Source: Octopus sinensis
Taxonomy: Eukaryota
Assembly: GCF_006345805.1 (NCBI RefSeq)
Contig: NC_043014.1
Span: 20,336,001 to 20,400,000 of the forward strand
Direction of reading: 5' to 3'
Length of the DNA: 64,000 nt
Made by a program: the position numbers and the translations under genes. The notes beneath the pieces were generated by a model. The model was given only the letters and a program-made list of their open reading frames with translations, was not told the origin of the DNA and made no database searches. This document shows, piece after piece, positions 1 to 14,393 of this stretch; position 1 is the stretch's first letter; each line of letters opens with the position of its first letter.

Positions 1-300
1 GGGTGGGCGGGTAAGAAGCTTTACAACCTTGTGATTTGCGTCCCCCTGCGCGGCACTTTTGGCAACTGTCTTCTACCTATAATTGCGCGCAGACCGATGA
101 GGTGTTAGTAAATTTGGGAGATAGAAACTGTGGGAGATAGAAACCCGTCGTATATTTGCGTATATGTGTGTTTGGCCACCGCTCCGTTTGGCAATCGGTG
201 TTGGTTTGCTTACGTAACTTAACAGTTTGTCGAACGAATTTGTTGAAATAAGTACAAGATTTAAGCGGTCCACCAGCGATGCCGCAGTCCAATGACCAAA
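1..300 (+). mobile_element. Degenerate copy of SINE family A
   Basis: Diverged match by eye to the head, AAACCCGTCGTAT core and GCCGCAGTC tail of better copies (6049-6496, 56910-57277). Confidence 0.6.
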
Positions 301-577
301 ATTCGTCAAAGATACAAGATACGCTTAGTTTGAAATCTGCATATATCGATTACATTGCTTCCAGTATATTTGGGTGAATGGTTGTATACAGAATTTAATT
401 AGCTCCTCGCAAGGTACGACCACTATCGTGACACTGGAGCAATAAGATAGAGTTTTATATTGAACGATGTAATTAAATGCGTGCGTGCGCGCGTATGTGT
501 GTAACGATGTACATAAGCATGTCATATAAACATGTCTGCCTTGTTCTATATGTGTAATTAATTCATACATAGAAACA

Positions 578-636
578 TGCATACATACATACATACATAC
601 ATACATACATACATACATACATACATACATACATAC
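578..636. repeat. (CATA)n microsatellite
   Basis: Direct tandem repeat. Confidence 0.98.
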
Positions 637-1753
637 AAACGTGTGTGGGCGTGAACACGTTTGCATGTTTAAGAAGGTTGAGATTGAATGATTGTGATGC
701 TGACAAGGTGTGATGGAATGACTAATGAGCGAAATAGATGAGTGTGAAATATTGAATATTGTGCATCAAACTATAAATCACAATTTAATAACCGAAGATC
801 AAAATTTCAAGAAATTTTGTGAACGCATCTTATGTGTGTATGTGTTTGTGTGTAAGGTCGAGATTCACATCGGAATTATTCGTAGTCAATGGCACTTTAT
901 TCCAGATATTTCCATATTCATACATTATCTGAAAGGTTTCTAAACATAACTGAATATACGTCGCAGATGTCAAGAAATGCATGCCAGAACAAAACCACTC
1001 AGTTGAATTCAACAAGTAGATTTAAATGCAAGAATTTCAGCTAACTGCACTTCCTTTATTTCCAAATATTTTGGATTAGCTGGTATTATTCGAGGTATCT
1101 TTTCTTTTTCTAATCATGTTATACAATTCTAGACGCTTTGTGTTTCTAATTTCAAGGATAATCTCAATTAATCTGTTTGTCAAGTTCATACGTATATATA
1201 TTATATATATATATGTATATATGTATGTATGTATATATGTGATACGGTCATATATATTTTATTTATGCTAACTTTTTTCTCTAACGTATCTTAACTCAAA
1301 CATATTGTTGAAGATATATAGATAGATACCAAAATATTGTGAGTGGATTTGGTAAAAGGAAAGTAAACAAAGCCCTATGTATAATATATATATAGATATA
1401 TATATATATACTTACATACACTTGTGTTTATATATATATATACAAACACACGTACATACACACACACGCACGCACACACACACACACACACACATAGATT
1501 TAGAATCGACTCTAATAATGTAAACAATATTGATGGCAAATATGTAATGTTTTCTTCAAACACTTTTAGGATGCAGTATTTTTCCAAGGAAAATCTCTTT
1601 AAAAGTAGAGTGTTATAAAAGCGAAACAGTGTTTCGTTGTTATAACACCCTGAGAGAGGGGAAGGGAGAGAGAGAGTGAGAGAGAGAGAGTGTGAGAGAG
1701 TAAAAGGGATAAGTTTTATATATATATACATATATATATTTAGCCGCAGAAGA

Positions 1754-1905
1754 AGCTGTGTGGTAAGTAGCTTGCTTACCAATCATATGGTTCTGGGTTC
1801 AGTCCCACTGCGTAAGTGACTTGGGTAAGTGTCTTCTACAATTGCCTCGAGCCAACCAAAGCTTTGTGAGTGGATTTGCTATATGGAAACTGAAAGAAGC
1901 CCGTC

Positions 1906-1908
<3 letters not shown>
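1754..1908 (+). mobile_element. SINE family A head (tRNA-like), ends in (TA)n
   Basis: GCTGTGTGGTAAGTAGC A-box-like and GGTTCAGTCC B-box-like motifs; many copies in the window. Confidence 0.85.
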
Positions 1909-1959
<51 letters not shown>

Positions 1960-2285
1960 ATATCAACAATAGTGATAAGAAGGATTATGACGAAGTTGCA
2001 TAACAATTCTTATATACACAAATTTACATAGACCTTACTATTGATAAATATGATATATATATCAAATGAGCGAAACATAACAGTATTCACGAGAATTTTT
2101 TTACTAATCTCACCGATAGTTTCCACCCATCTTTCATCGATTCATCACAGCTACCGATGCTGATGCATCCCGTCAGGTGACTTTTCAAAAGGTAACTCGT
2201 TGAATTAACTCGGTTTACCCTGGTTCGATTTGCCGTCGTTATTTGCCTCTACGAATTTTACAACAGGCTTCGTGGTTTCACAGGA

Positions 2286-2367
<82 letters not shown>

Positions 2368-2725
2368 CGTACATAGGTTTCAATGCGTGCATGTATATTT
2401 GCATGTACTTATACACATGTATACCCACAATTGCATAAAAATACAGGACTCTATAAATTACGTACGTACCTAGTTCTTTTCATATACATCCATTATCTCT
2501 TTTAAACAATACATTACCTAGCTAGTTTTAAATCATGCAATATATTCTTTCACCATTGAAATTGTTATAAATTCCTCGTTCAAGTTCTACACCCTCTTAT
2601 CTGCTTATTTAACGTAACATACATCATTATATTTAATGGTTTAGAATGAGTTGGCTGTTTGTTCCCTGTTGAGGATGTTTCTTTTGTTTGTTTTCTTTTT
2701 TTTTTCCTTTTTTTTCTTGTCACAG

Positions 2726-2745
2726 ATAATGGTGGATGTGACTAT
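2726..2745 (+). CDS. Candidate 20-nt microexon, (D/N)NGGCDY, EGF-like start
   Basis: Long pyrimidine tract ending CACAG, then ATAATGGTGGATGTGACTAT, then GTTAGT donor. No partner exons identified. Confidence 0.15.
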
Positions 2746-2858
2746 GTTAGTTTCAGTATATGTGTATGTAGAGAAAGAACAATGTGTGTGAGTGTGTAAA
2801 TTATTAAGGTGGATATTCGCAATTTACAACCGAAAGGCAACATATATTATATATATTT

Positions 2859-2977
2859 TGTGGTAAGAAGTCTGCTTCCCAACCACATGTTTCGGGTTCA
2901 ATCTTACAGCGTGGCACCTTGGGCATGTGTTTTCTACTATAGCATAGGGCCGACCAAAGCTTTCTCGGTGTGTGTGT

Positions 2978-3014
<37 letters not shown>

Positions 3015-3153
3015 TGTGTGTGTGTGTGTGGTGTGTGTGTGTGTCTGTGTTTGTCCCCCACCACCGCTTGACAACTGCTGTCGGTGTGTTAACGTCTCCG
3101 TAACTAGCTGTTCGACAAAAGCGCCCGTTAGAATAAGTAGCAGGCTTAAAGAA
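2859..3153 (+). mobile_element. SINE family A with internal (TG)n
   Basis: Head, (TG)n and GTTTGTCCCC...GAATAAGTA body shared with other copies. Confidence 0.8.
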
Positions 3154-3261
3154 TATGTGTGAGCGATTCATTTGAATAAATCTTTGAAGGCGATGCTACA
3201 GTATGGCCACAGTATAATGACTGAAGAAAATAAGACTTGCATGTGTATATAATCTATGTCT

Positions 3262-3416
3262 GAGTGGCTGTGTGGTAAGTAGCTTGCTTACCAACCACAT
3301 GAGTCCGGGTTCAGTCCCCTTGCGTGACATCTTGAGCAAGTGTCTTCTACTATAGCCTCGGGCCGACCAAAGCCTTGTGAGTGGATTTGATAGACGGAAA
3401 CTGAAAGAAGTCGTCG
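3262..3416 (+). mobile_element. SINE family A head
   Basis: Closely similar to 1754-1908. Confidence 0.85.
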
Positions 3417-3433
3417 TATATATATATATATAT

Positions 3434-3650
3434 ATTTCTTTATTGCCCACAAGGGGCTAAACATAGAGGGGACAAACAAAGGGATTAAGTCGATTATATC
3501 GACCCCAGTGCGTAACTGGTACTTTATTTATCGACCCTGAAAGGATGAAAGGCAAAGTCGACCTCGGCGGAATTTGAACTCAGAACGTAACGGCAGACGA
3601 AATACGGCTACGCATTTTGCCCGGCGTGCTAACGTTTCTGCCAGCTCGCC
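3434..3650 (-). mobile_element. SINE family B, near full length
   Basis: Minus strand GGCGAGCTGGCAGAAACGTTAGC...GAGTTCAAATTCC (A/B boxes) plus central GTCGACTTTGCCTTTCATCCTTTC-GGGTCGATAAA domain seen in more than 10 copies. Confidence 0.85.
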
Positions 3651-3663
3651 AGCTGCCAGCGTC

Positions 3664-3730
<67 letters not shown>

Positions 3731-3940
3731 GTATGTATGTATGTGTGTGCATACGTTTGTGAGTCTGTGTTTAGTACCCCAAGTAAGAGTATGTATATGA
3801 GAGGGAGAGTAGAATAGAAAATGAAAAAGCAAAATCAACATTTAAGTTACATAAAGAATATAAACAAATAACATGTCTAAATATATTTGTTTATAATCAA
3901 ATATATAAATACACATACACATGCACACACACACACACAT

Positions 3941-3970
3941 ATAGATAGATAGATAGATAGATAGATAGAT

Positions 3971-4022
<52 letters not shown>
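3941..4022. repeat. (GATA)n microsatellite
   Basis: Direct tandem repeat. Confidence 0.97.
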
Positions 4023-4134
4023 TAAACTCACACCTATTCACAAATTTTTGGACGAGTACAGTTCGTCGTCTTTTAAACTCAATTTATTTCGTTTTGCTTA
4101 AGTGTTTATCATATTACTATTATTGCTTGTCACA

Positions 4135-4940
4135 TTAGTGATAGTGAGTAGCAGAATCGCTAACACGTCCAACTAAATGCTTCCCAGCATTTCTTCCTCC
4201 GCCTCTTTATAATCTGTGCTCAAATACTGCGGAGCTGGATTTCGCTTTGCTTTATCTCGGTGTCAATACAATAAATACCAGTTGGGCACCAGCGTCGACG
4301 TAACCGAATGGCGCAGCACCATATTCCATAAAACTGCTGTTCTTGTAACTAAGTTTGCAACCATAAGACGATAAGCTATCAGCACTGTTAGCACGTTGGA
4401 CAAACTGCTCCACGTCTTTTCTTCCGGCTCTTTACATTGCGAGTTCAAAAGCTGCCGTGGTCAACATAGCTTTTCATCCTTTCGAAGTCTATAAAATTAG
4501 TACCTGTAGATGTAATCGAGTACCCGGCTCCTAACATTTTAGGCACTGAGCCTATAATAGTAAAAAACTTATTTTCATTATTGCTAAAGCGGCAACTTGA
4601 CAGAATCGTTAGAACATGGCACAAAGTGCCGTGCGGTATTTCTTCCGACATTTTAAATCTCGGCATCCGTCTTCGGCTTCACCTTTCCTCCTTTGGGTTT
4701 CGATAAACGTGTCGCTATTCTTGTTCAAGCTATTGCTATTCACGGAACCCTATACACAAAATTGCTGGCCTTGTGACAAAATTTGACATTTTGTCTGTTT
4801 TTACGTTGGGAGTTCAGATTCTGCTGCGGTCGATTTTGCCTTTCAAATCTTTTGAAGTCGATAAAATTAGTACCAGTTGATTTTGGTATCAATTTGACTG
4901 ACTTAATACCTCCCCTAAATTTTCAAGCATATAGCCGAAA
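4135..4940 (+). mobile_element. Cluster of degenerate SINE B copies
   Basis: Several partial GCAGAATCGTTAG and GTCGATAAAATTAGTACC motifs. Confidence 0.6.
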
Positions 4941-4943
4941 GGT

Positions 4944-4992
4944 TTATTATTATTATATTATTATTATTATTATTATTTTATTATTATTATTA

Positions 4993-5049
<57 letters not shown>

Positions 5050-5261
5050 TATTATTATTATTATTAAGTCGGTGAGCTGGCAGAATCGTTTGCAAACTCG
5101 CCGAGGTCGGCTTTAGCTTTCATACCTTCGGGGTCGATAAATTAAGTATCAGTGAAACAATGAGGTCGATGTAATCGACTTAATCCCCTTCCCGCAAATT
5201 CCAAGCCTTGTGCCTATATTAGAGCATTATTGTTGTTGTTGATGTGTTGTTATTATTATTA

Positions 5262-5316
<55 letters not shown>

Positions 5317-5323
5317 GTTATTA

Positions 5324-5372
<49 letters not shown>

Positions 5373-5552
5373 GTCGGTGAGCTGGCAGAATCGTTTGCAA
5401 ACTCGCCGAGGTCGGCTTTAGCTTTCATACCTTCGGGGTCGATAAATTAAGTATCAGTGAAACAATGAGGTCGATGTAATCGACTTAATCCCCTTCCCGC
5501 AAATTCCAAGCCTTGTGCCTATATTAGAGCATTATTGTTGTTGTTGATGTTG

Positions 5553-5609
<57 letters not shown>
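4944..5609 (+). repeat. (ATT)n tracts with two identical internally deleted SINE B copies, period 305
   Basis: AAGTCGGTGAGCTGG... starts at 5066 and 5371; I saw no differences over about 175 nt. Confidence 0.9.
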
Positions 5610-5610
<1 letters not shown>

Positions 5611-5828
5611 GGTAGCACGCTGGACGAATTGCTTAGTGGTATTTCGTCTGCCGTTACGTTCTGAGTTCAAATTCCGCCGAAGTCCACTTTACCTTTCATC
5701 CTTTCGGGGTCGATGAATTAAGTACCAGTTATGCACTGGGGTCGATTTAATCGACTTAATACCTATGTCTGTCCTTGTTTGTCCCCTCTATGTTTAGCCC
5801 CTTGTGGGTAATAAAGAAATAGGTATTT
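5611..5828 (+). mobile_element. SINE family B
   Basis: Reverse-complement match to 3434-3650. Confidence 0.85.
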
Positions 5829-6048
5829 CACCCGTCACTACGTTCTGAGTTGAAATTCCGTCGAGGTTGACTTGGCTTTTCAGCGTTTCGGGATAGATAA
5901 AATAAGTACCAGATGAAAACTGCTGCTCTTTTCGCAAAATTTGAAATAATTATTATTATTGTTATTTTTAAGGCATTGTTATTTTTAGGTACCAGTTGAG
6001 CACTGGAGTCGATGTGATCGAGTATCCCCCTCCCCCACAAGATCCAGT

Positions 6049-6279
6049 TCTTGTTTCAGTCATTTGACTGCGGCCATGCTGGAGCACCGCCTGTAGTCGA
6101 GCAAATCGACCACGGGACTTATTCTTTGTAAGCCTAGTACTTATTCTAACGGTTCTTTTACCGATCGGCTAAGTGGGTCATAATCACACCAGCATCGGTT
6201 GTCAAGCAATGCTAGGGGGACAAACACAGACACACAAACAAACACACACACACACAAACATACACACACACACACATAC

Positions 6280-6326
<47 letters not shown>

Positions 6327-6496
6327 ATATATATATATATACGACAGTCTTCTGTCAGTTTCCGTCTACCAAATCCACTCACAAGGCTTTAGTCAGCCCG
6401 AGGCTATAGGAAACGACACTTGCCCAGGGTGCCACGCAGTGTGACTGAACCCGGAACCACGTGGTTGGTAAGCAAGCTACTTACCACACAGCCACT
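6049..6496 (-). mobile_element. Full-length SINE family A with internal (CA)/(TA) tract
   Basis: Head at 6496, tail ACTGAAACAAG at 6049. Confidence 0.85.
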
Positions 6497-6974
6497 CGTA
6501 CGCCAATTATTATTCATGTTTAGTTGTTATTGGTATTGTTACTCTTATGCTGGCACTGTTACTGCTACTGATTTTGTTGCCATTAACACTGTTGTTCTTG
6601 TTTCTGCTGTTATAGAGTCTGTAGTTGTGAATCAAATTGTTTCAATCATTCCGGATGTTGCTGGGAGCGGGCAGGGTTGGGGAAAATAACACCAAACTGT
6701 ATATTTTCCTCTTCTTTTCTTTTCTTTTAAGTCTTTTTAAATAATATTTTCATTTCCAGCATTTTCGAAAATAATTGTTTATTCAATGAAATAAGTAACT
6801 CGAGATTCTACTTAAGAATAATGTGCAATAACTGAAACGAATTAATGATAATTGTAATGTTACTACTGCTATTTCAACTATACTACTACTGCTGCTACTA
6901 CCACTGCTACTACTACTTCTAATTATAGAAATAATAACAAACTTATGGGAGCTATATGTAATAATGATTTCAAA

Positions 6975-7172
6975 ATTTAGCACAAGGCCAAAAATTTTGG
7001 AGGAGGAGTAAGTCGGTTACATTGATTCCAGTACTAGATTAGTTTGTATTTTATCGACCTCGAAAGGATGAAAGGCAAAGTCGACCTCAGTGGAATTTGA
7101 ACTGAGAACGTAAAGTTGGGCGAAAAAACAAAGCATTTTGTCCGGCGTGTTAACGCTTCTGCCATCTCGCCG
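6975..7172 (-). mobile_element. SINE family B
   Basis: Family head and central domain present. Confidence 0.8.
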
Positions 7173-7178
7173 TCTATA

Positions 7179-7425
<247 letters not shown>

Positions 7426-10189
7426 GATGATGATGATGATGATGATGAGGAGGAGGAGGAGGAGGATAATGATGATGGTGATAAACTTTTCTAATATGGG
7501 CATCAGAGGGCTAAACATTTGAGGGAAAGTGACAATCGATCACAGTGCGCGACTGGTACTTATTTCATTAACATCGAAAGGATGGAAGGCAAAGTCAACA
7601 TCGGAAGGCTGAGGCGACTCCCATGAACAATTGGCTTACGTTTAAGTGACAATTTCTTCATAAGCCCGATATAGATTATCACTCCCACCTTTGCAAAAAT
7701 ATATTGATGGAATTAGTGCCACTTCCGCTAGATAATGAGATGATAAAATTGATTTTGCATCATATAAATTCTTCTTCCTTCACCATTGTATTTGAAAAGT
7801 TGAAAATGTTGGAAGCCGTTTCAATGTTAAGAAGCATGCTGATTTTTCCATCTCCTTTACCGCATCTATAAGGAACACTTTATTAGGGATGCAGTACGTT
7901 TAAACGGGATAAAACTTCACAACATTATACGATTAAATTCTATCACCCAGTTAAATACTCACAACAATAACTTATACAGGATTAAATAAAGTATTAGCAT
8001 AAAAGATAGGAGAAATCAGCATTGAAGGGAAGATTAAACATAGAATCCAGATGAAATATTAACAAAAAGAAGGTGTTTTATAACTACACATCTGTAAACA
8101 CTGAAAATTATAAAACAAAAACAGAATTTACTTTAAGCAACAGATTAAAAAGGTGTAACACACGAGAAATATGATATTCTTAAAAGCTCTCATTTGAAAA
8201 TAACCCATAAAAAATTCTATAGTAAAATCAATAAAAATAATCGTAAAACAATAAAAAGTAATATGATACCCCACTCAACGAACATTAGAAACATTTTTTG
8301 AAATCAGTTTTTGTAACAAAGCCAATAGTTAGCTGGAGGGTCCGTAGCAAAAAGAGAATGTGAAAATCCATTGCCATGAAGCATTTCAAGATCTGATTAA
8401 ACGAGGCAAACAGACCAGTCGGGAGCATGATTTGAAACACTACAGCGCGGAGACAGCACAAGACCTGGAAAGATTTTCTGTCCACAAATAAACTCAAGGC
8501 TAAAGAATTATGAAGAGTCGAGGTGCTAGTCGATTAAACTGCTCCCGGTATTTGACTGGTACTTTATCCACAGAAACGGTGCAAAGTAAATTTTACCTCA
8601 GTTGGATTTGACCAAATGTAGTGCAAGATATTTTGTGCAGCGCTCAACCTATTCATTTACTCTGTCACCCTTTCAAACGTGTTGGTTATGATAAAATAAT
8701 ATTGATAAATGATAAAATAATGATAGTGATAAACTAACATTAAGAAAGTTTAAAATGTTACTTTTAAATTCTCATATATTTATAAGCTAAAATCAGACAC
8801 TTCGAAGTGAAAGAAGAAAAATACTGAGAAATTTAAAATTCAAATTTAAAAGTCTGTTCACTGATAGCATAAATGTTTATATAATAATCTGCAATATTTC
8901 TGGTGATGACGTGTAAGTGTTAGCATGTTGACATTTGGAATTCAATAAATTCGTGTCACGATTATTAGTCTCACAGCCAACTTTTAATAAAACAGTAAAA
9001 TTTTATGAACTAAAAGTCTAGCATGCTTAATGTATATTTTTAAAATTAAATTTTACTTCAAAATACATTTGCTGTTGTTTTGAGATTTTGTTTAACCTAT
9101 GAACAGTCCATGTTCAAAAGTCGTTTAGAACTATAACGTTACAGTGTCCTTTGTCTATTAAGAAACTATCATAATTTGGTAAAGATTTAACCTCTATTTA
9201 TAGCTGACTCAATCATCACGTTAGGTTAAGTTTTGCCTCGTGTTGATGCTGTAATTAAGTGAATACAATGATTTATAAAATAGGTCTCAAGAAAACACGT
9301 TTCGATTGGGGTTAATTGTACAACTGTGGGTATGCAGGGATTTTGAGAAATACCCCACGGAGGGAGGACCATTCCCTGCATAGTTACGGGCTGTCCCTTG
9401 GCAAAGCATAGCATCCGTGGCGAAGTCATGGGACTGCAGCATGGTGAATTGTGAAGAGGTAGTTGAAGAGCTCAACTGAGTCAACAGTGCTTCTTACATT
9501 GATGCTGAGCGGAGGAATCCAAGAAGATCAATGATCAGGAACACTAATCTCTACCAAGAGAGTAATTGGAGCGCATCCTTAGGGGTTGCGTCGGTTGTCG
9601 TGAATGATTCACTATGACTCAAGCTCTCAATTCAGATTCGTAATAATGGAATTGGATGTCGACAGAGAGTCATGGGAATCATTGAAAGCAGTGAAACTAA
9701 TTCTAACTAATTGTACAAGTGATTGTCTCGAAACCCAGCATTGGCCTACTACTTTGGTTACCTACCCTTGGAAGATATAAGGCAGGGTTCACCTCGCTTA
9801 GTTTTCCATATGAAGGGAAATCTAAAAACAATTTTTTCCGAGCGGAACTGGAAAACCTTCGTTTGCTCGTCCGAACACTTAAAGCTTCATTTCTGTAATG
9901 AGAACGAATTTTTGCTGATTCTATTGCTGAAAAAACTTTTTGCGAATTCATACAAAATGCAGTGTTTGACATGAGTCTCATCAAAATTCATTTTAAAAGA
10001 GTAAAATCGCTTCAAATCTAATATAGTATAATATAATCTCCAAAGAAAGACGAAACATCAGACTGTAAACATTAATGTTTATTTTAGAGTACCTACCTAA
10101 AAGTAACATCAAAGTAATCACGCCAAACTTGGGGCAGGAATTCCTTTCCAGCCAAAGATATATATTGGCTTTTATTTTATCTTTTACAA

Positions 10190-10391
10190 ATTTCAGTCAT
10201 TAGACTGTGGTCATGCTGGGGCACCGCCGTGAGCAATTTTAGTAGAACTAATCGACCCCTAACATATTTTATTTTTAAGCCTGACACTTATTTTATCTAT
10301 TTTTTGCCGAACCGCTAAGTTACACGGTCGTAAACACACCAACGCCGGTTGCCAAGCGGTGATGCGGAACAAAAACGGGCACAAACACAAA

Positions 10392-10425
<34 letters not shown>

Positions 10426-10592
10426 TGTATGTATATGTATACGTGAGGCTTCTTTCGTTTTCCCTCTACCAAATCCACTCACAAATCTTTGGTCAGCCCT
10501 AGGTAGAAGACACTTGCTCAAGGTGTCACGCAGTGGGACTGAATCTGGAACCATGCCATTTGGGAAACAAACTTCTTATCGCACAGCCACGC
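10190..10592 (-). mobile_element. SINE family A
   Basis: Head and tail motifs as in 6049-6496. Confidence 0.8.
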
Positions 10593-11602
10593 CAGCAACG
10601 AAAATGCTTCGACATCGCCTACGAGTATCGAACGCTGCATCTACTGCAAACCGTTTAGCCGTACTTAAATAGTAAACTATTCAACAGTTTTATAATTTTA
10701 TTTGGTTTTATATTCAAATCAAAACTCTTGATTTGGTTGAAAATATGATTCAATGGTTAATAGTGATGTTTTAAGCATTTTTAAATATATTCCACTCATA
10801 TTTTTCAATTTCTTTTCTTTTCCGTTTGTTTTCTAGATTTTCTTTGTTTTGTATTTCGTTTTCATTTTTCCAGATAAGTGAACATTAACGGAAGTGCCTC
10901 ATTGTGAACTAACACGCATGAAAAAAACAGTGTTGCAAAACAAAATGTAAAGAAAAAATATGAAACGAGACGAAACGAAGCGAAAACTAACTAAAATAAC
11001 TGTTGTTAGCACTCAGTGGTATGATTCCAAGAACTAAATACCTAAACAAAAGAATCAATGCAAAACTAACGTGACTAATGAAAATGCAGGTTGAAGAATG
11101 AATTCAATAATGTATGAATGTTTCTTTCTTGCACAGAAAACCAAAATAAAAACTATAAATATACTAATATGAAATAAAATACAACAGAGAATTTTAACTT
11201 TTTGGTATGAAAGAGTGAAAAAAATTATATTCTTACCGTAAGATCTTTTGTGAAGGAACGAAAAATGAAGGAGTTGGTGAAGAAGAACAAACGAAAAATA
11301 AAAAATAAAATTTGGAAAGACCTATCTTAATTAGATGCTTGCTCAGATGCTTCCCTTTCAATAATTCTTAATAATGACCCACATCAGTTCTTTTGTGTTT
11401 TTATGTTGGTGTGTAGAGGGTGGAGGTGCAGGATATTGCAGTTACTGATTGATCAGCTACAGAAGTTCAAAAAGAGAAAATAGCCAACGAAAGGACTTCA
11501 TTAACGAGCCAATAGCAAAGCGATTAAGCAGTTGCTTCAATCTACTAGACGTAACAACCAAATATCTTTCAAAGTGCATTCTGCCACCTTGCAAGAGGAA
11601 GA

Positions 11603-11645
<43 letters not shown>

Positions 11646-11899
11646 CCGTGGTAAATAAGAAAACAAAGAAAATCAAATCGACATAAAATGTTTACGGACG
11701 AAACAGCTGTTAAACTACAACAGCAAGAAAACTGAAACACATAAAAAATTTGTTATTGCTTTTCCAAATCTCCCCTGCTTAAGTAGAGCTATGATTAATG
11801 GTGTTCGGACACGTGACCGTCTCGTGTTTTTGTTTCTACGTATGATTTATGTATAAATATATGCCCATATATATATACATACATACATATATACATAGT

Positions 11900-12001
<102 letters not shown>

Positions 12002-12630
12002 CACTGATGTCACTGTCGAAATACTTCTGTTACTTGACGAAGATTAAGGTGCTGCTGCTAGTAGATGGAGCCACCCTATAGTGACTTTCTAGTTGGCATT
12101 TTCATCAACGTCAGAAAAACAAAATACAATGTCTGCTCCTTGTTAGAGTTGAGATCAGATTGTAAACATTTCATTTGCTTCTCACTTCCGTAGGCAGGGG
12201 GGAAATAGAAAATGAAAACCAATCGTAAACAGAATTTTAACGTACTTTTATAGAAGGAACTTCAGCCACAAATGAACTGACGTAACTGCTGTAGTACACT
12301 ACCTACACACCAACAATATATAATGGATGTTCGTTGGTCTCGACGATGATTATTCAGCTATTCGAGCGATTGAACTACTTGTTCACTATATTTCGCAGCT
12401 GCATATTTTGTTCATTCACGTGAATCCTGAAAGTAATTCTTATGGTGGAACAAGCATATGACGATGCTGAACATCTTAACGCCTAAAACAGTCCATGCGG
12501 CGTATTTCCCCACCGAATGTCGCTCTCAAAGTTTGGATCAACCTAAGACTATAATAAAAGACATTCTCTCAAAAGATCATACTGTGTAATCTAACCAGCA
12601 TCATGTCATTGAAAGTCACGATATCTACAC

Positions 12631-12917
12631 CAGCGGCTTCCAAACTTTTTCAAGCTGCCTCCGCCTTGGCACCCAGGTCACATTCCTAGCGTCCCTTTTT
12701 CCCAATCACCACCACAAACATAGACCACTTTCTACAGCAAATTCAAAACACCTGTATTTCATAATTTAAATTTAACCTAATTAACGCATTAATTTGGAGT
12801 TTTTTACATCCATTGCTTCCTTTTTAGCTACTCCATTATCACTTCACTTTTTTCAATACGCCTTGGATCATTCTACCTCCCCCAAGGGGACAGTAACTCC
12901 CACTTTGGGAACCACTG
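12631..12917. mobile_element. hAT-type MITE
   Basis: Termini CAGCGGCTTCCAAA / TTTGGGAACCACTG; flanking 8-mers ATCTACAC and ATTTACAC (7/8 match) fit an 8-bp TSD. Confidence 0.75.
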
Positions 12918-14242
12918 ATTTACACACTACATTACTTCTGACACAATATCCCCCCACACAAACACACACATATATACACGCACAATAGGCACACATTTAC
13001 CTATGATTCACTCCTCACTTTTAACTACATATCCTCACCTTCTAGCTACCAGTGGAGTTCATTAAAAGAGAGACAAGAAATACGCTTTGCTGTTTATGTG
13101 GCTTCAGGTTTCATCCTACTGCGTAGTACTTTGGGGAAGTGGAATCTAGCAGCGTCTATGATAGACGGGTGCCCAGTGAGTGGAAATTTACACATGGAAA
13201 TCAGGTTGGTGAAAAATAGATTGGTTAGAAACTCCGAGTTGTAGCCACTTAAGTTAACAACTGCTTAATCACGAATATAAGCTCCATACGTTGTACTAAG
13301 TTTCTATACACACATGTTATTCATGCGTGTATTTTGACAAAATATGTAAACATGAGCGAGAAAACCGATAAAACGACTTTGGAACGAAATCTCTTGTGAT
13401 ATTTGTTCCCTTCGAGTTACTCAAACAATTCATTGTTACTCTAATCTTCAGAAATAGAGAACAAGTGAGTGGTACGTTGGAAACATACAATCGAGGAAGC
13501 CGTTACCACATGACACAAGAAAGGTGTTTCTAATACTTGCACAAAACACCGATTTCTATAAAATGGTTATTGTAACTTGAAGTGGCCTCAGTTAAAAGCT
13601 GGTGCCTATTCAAGCGGATGAGAAATTCTTTAGCTGTTTGGTTGAGCTGCAATAAAATAGCTGGCCAATCTCCCTCAAATCACTCCCTTAATGACAATTG
13701 GATGAAGCGAAAGACATATTAAATAACATAGTATGATAGTAGAATCTGAGGAACTAATGTTCTGTGCCTGTAAATTGTAAAACAGCTACTTGTAACTGTA
13801 TAGTAATTTGCATACTCTGAGGAAAATAACAAGCAAGTCATTAACCCTTCATCGGAGGCAGAAGTAATTCTTATCGGTTTTATTTGATATATAAGTTAGG
13901 ATTGAACAAACACTGTTTGTTCATAGATGGACACAGTCAGATTTAATTACAGGCCTAATCAATAACGAAAAAAAACAAAAAAATATATTTATCTTTATTT
14001 ATTTTATTTTATTTTATTTTTTATCGTGAGTGACAGGAATGTCAACATTGAGTCCTTTCAGGTTAGAACTTGGAAATCATGGAAGAAACAGCAACACTGA
14101 AGAACTAATCAATGCAATGCAAACATTTTTGACATGCTCTTCCCTTTCCATAACTTGTCCATATGTTGTGTACGGGCTTGTTTGAATAATACGATTTGTT
14201 CGTATTGACAAGTGATTTGTTTTTGTTTCTTTTTCTTTTTAG

Positions 14243-14393
14243 TGTAAGGTTTCCAGTTTACGGCCTCCACAACCTCCACCTTGTCTCTTTGAGTCCCGGA
14301 CCGATGAACTGGCTAAACTCATCCTTACTGACCATGATTACGGAAGCGCTGGCTGGTCCTTATCAATATTTGTTACATTTCCTGCACATCTGA
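14243..14393 (+). CDS. Candidate exon of an unidentified gene
   Basis: TTGAC branch-like site, pyrimidine tract ending TTTAG, GC-enriched open frame CKVSSLRPPQPPPCLFESRTDELAKLILTDHDYGSAGWSLSIFVTFPAHL; donor GTGTGT is weak. Confidence 0.2.

Noticed and set aside
8350-8485. Protein-like plus frame ENVKIHCHEAFQDLIKRGKQ...
   Set aside because: No pyrimidine-rich acceptor or start codon, and short enough to be chance.
9955-9990. Minus-strand TTGATGA-GAC/TCAT/GTC-AAAC hammerhead-like string
   Set aside because: G12 is missing and stems I and III do not close.
10810-10900. Strong acceptor (also at 11136 and 50843)
   Set aside because: Stops occur soon after in all frames and no convincing donor follows; a terminal or non-coding exon cannot be supported from sequence alone.
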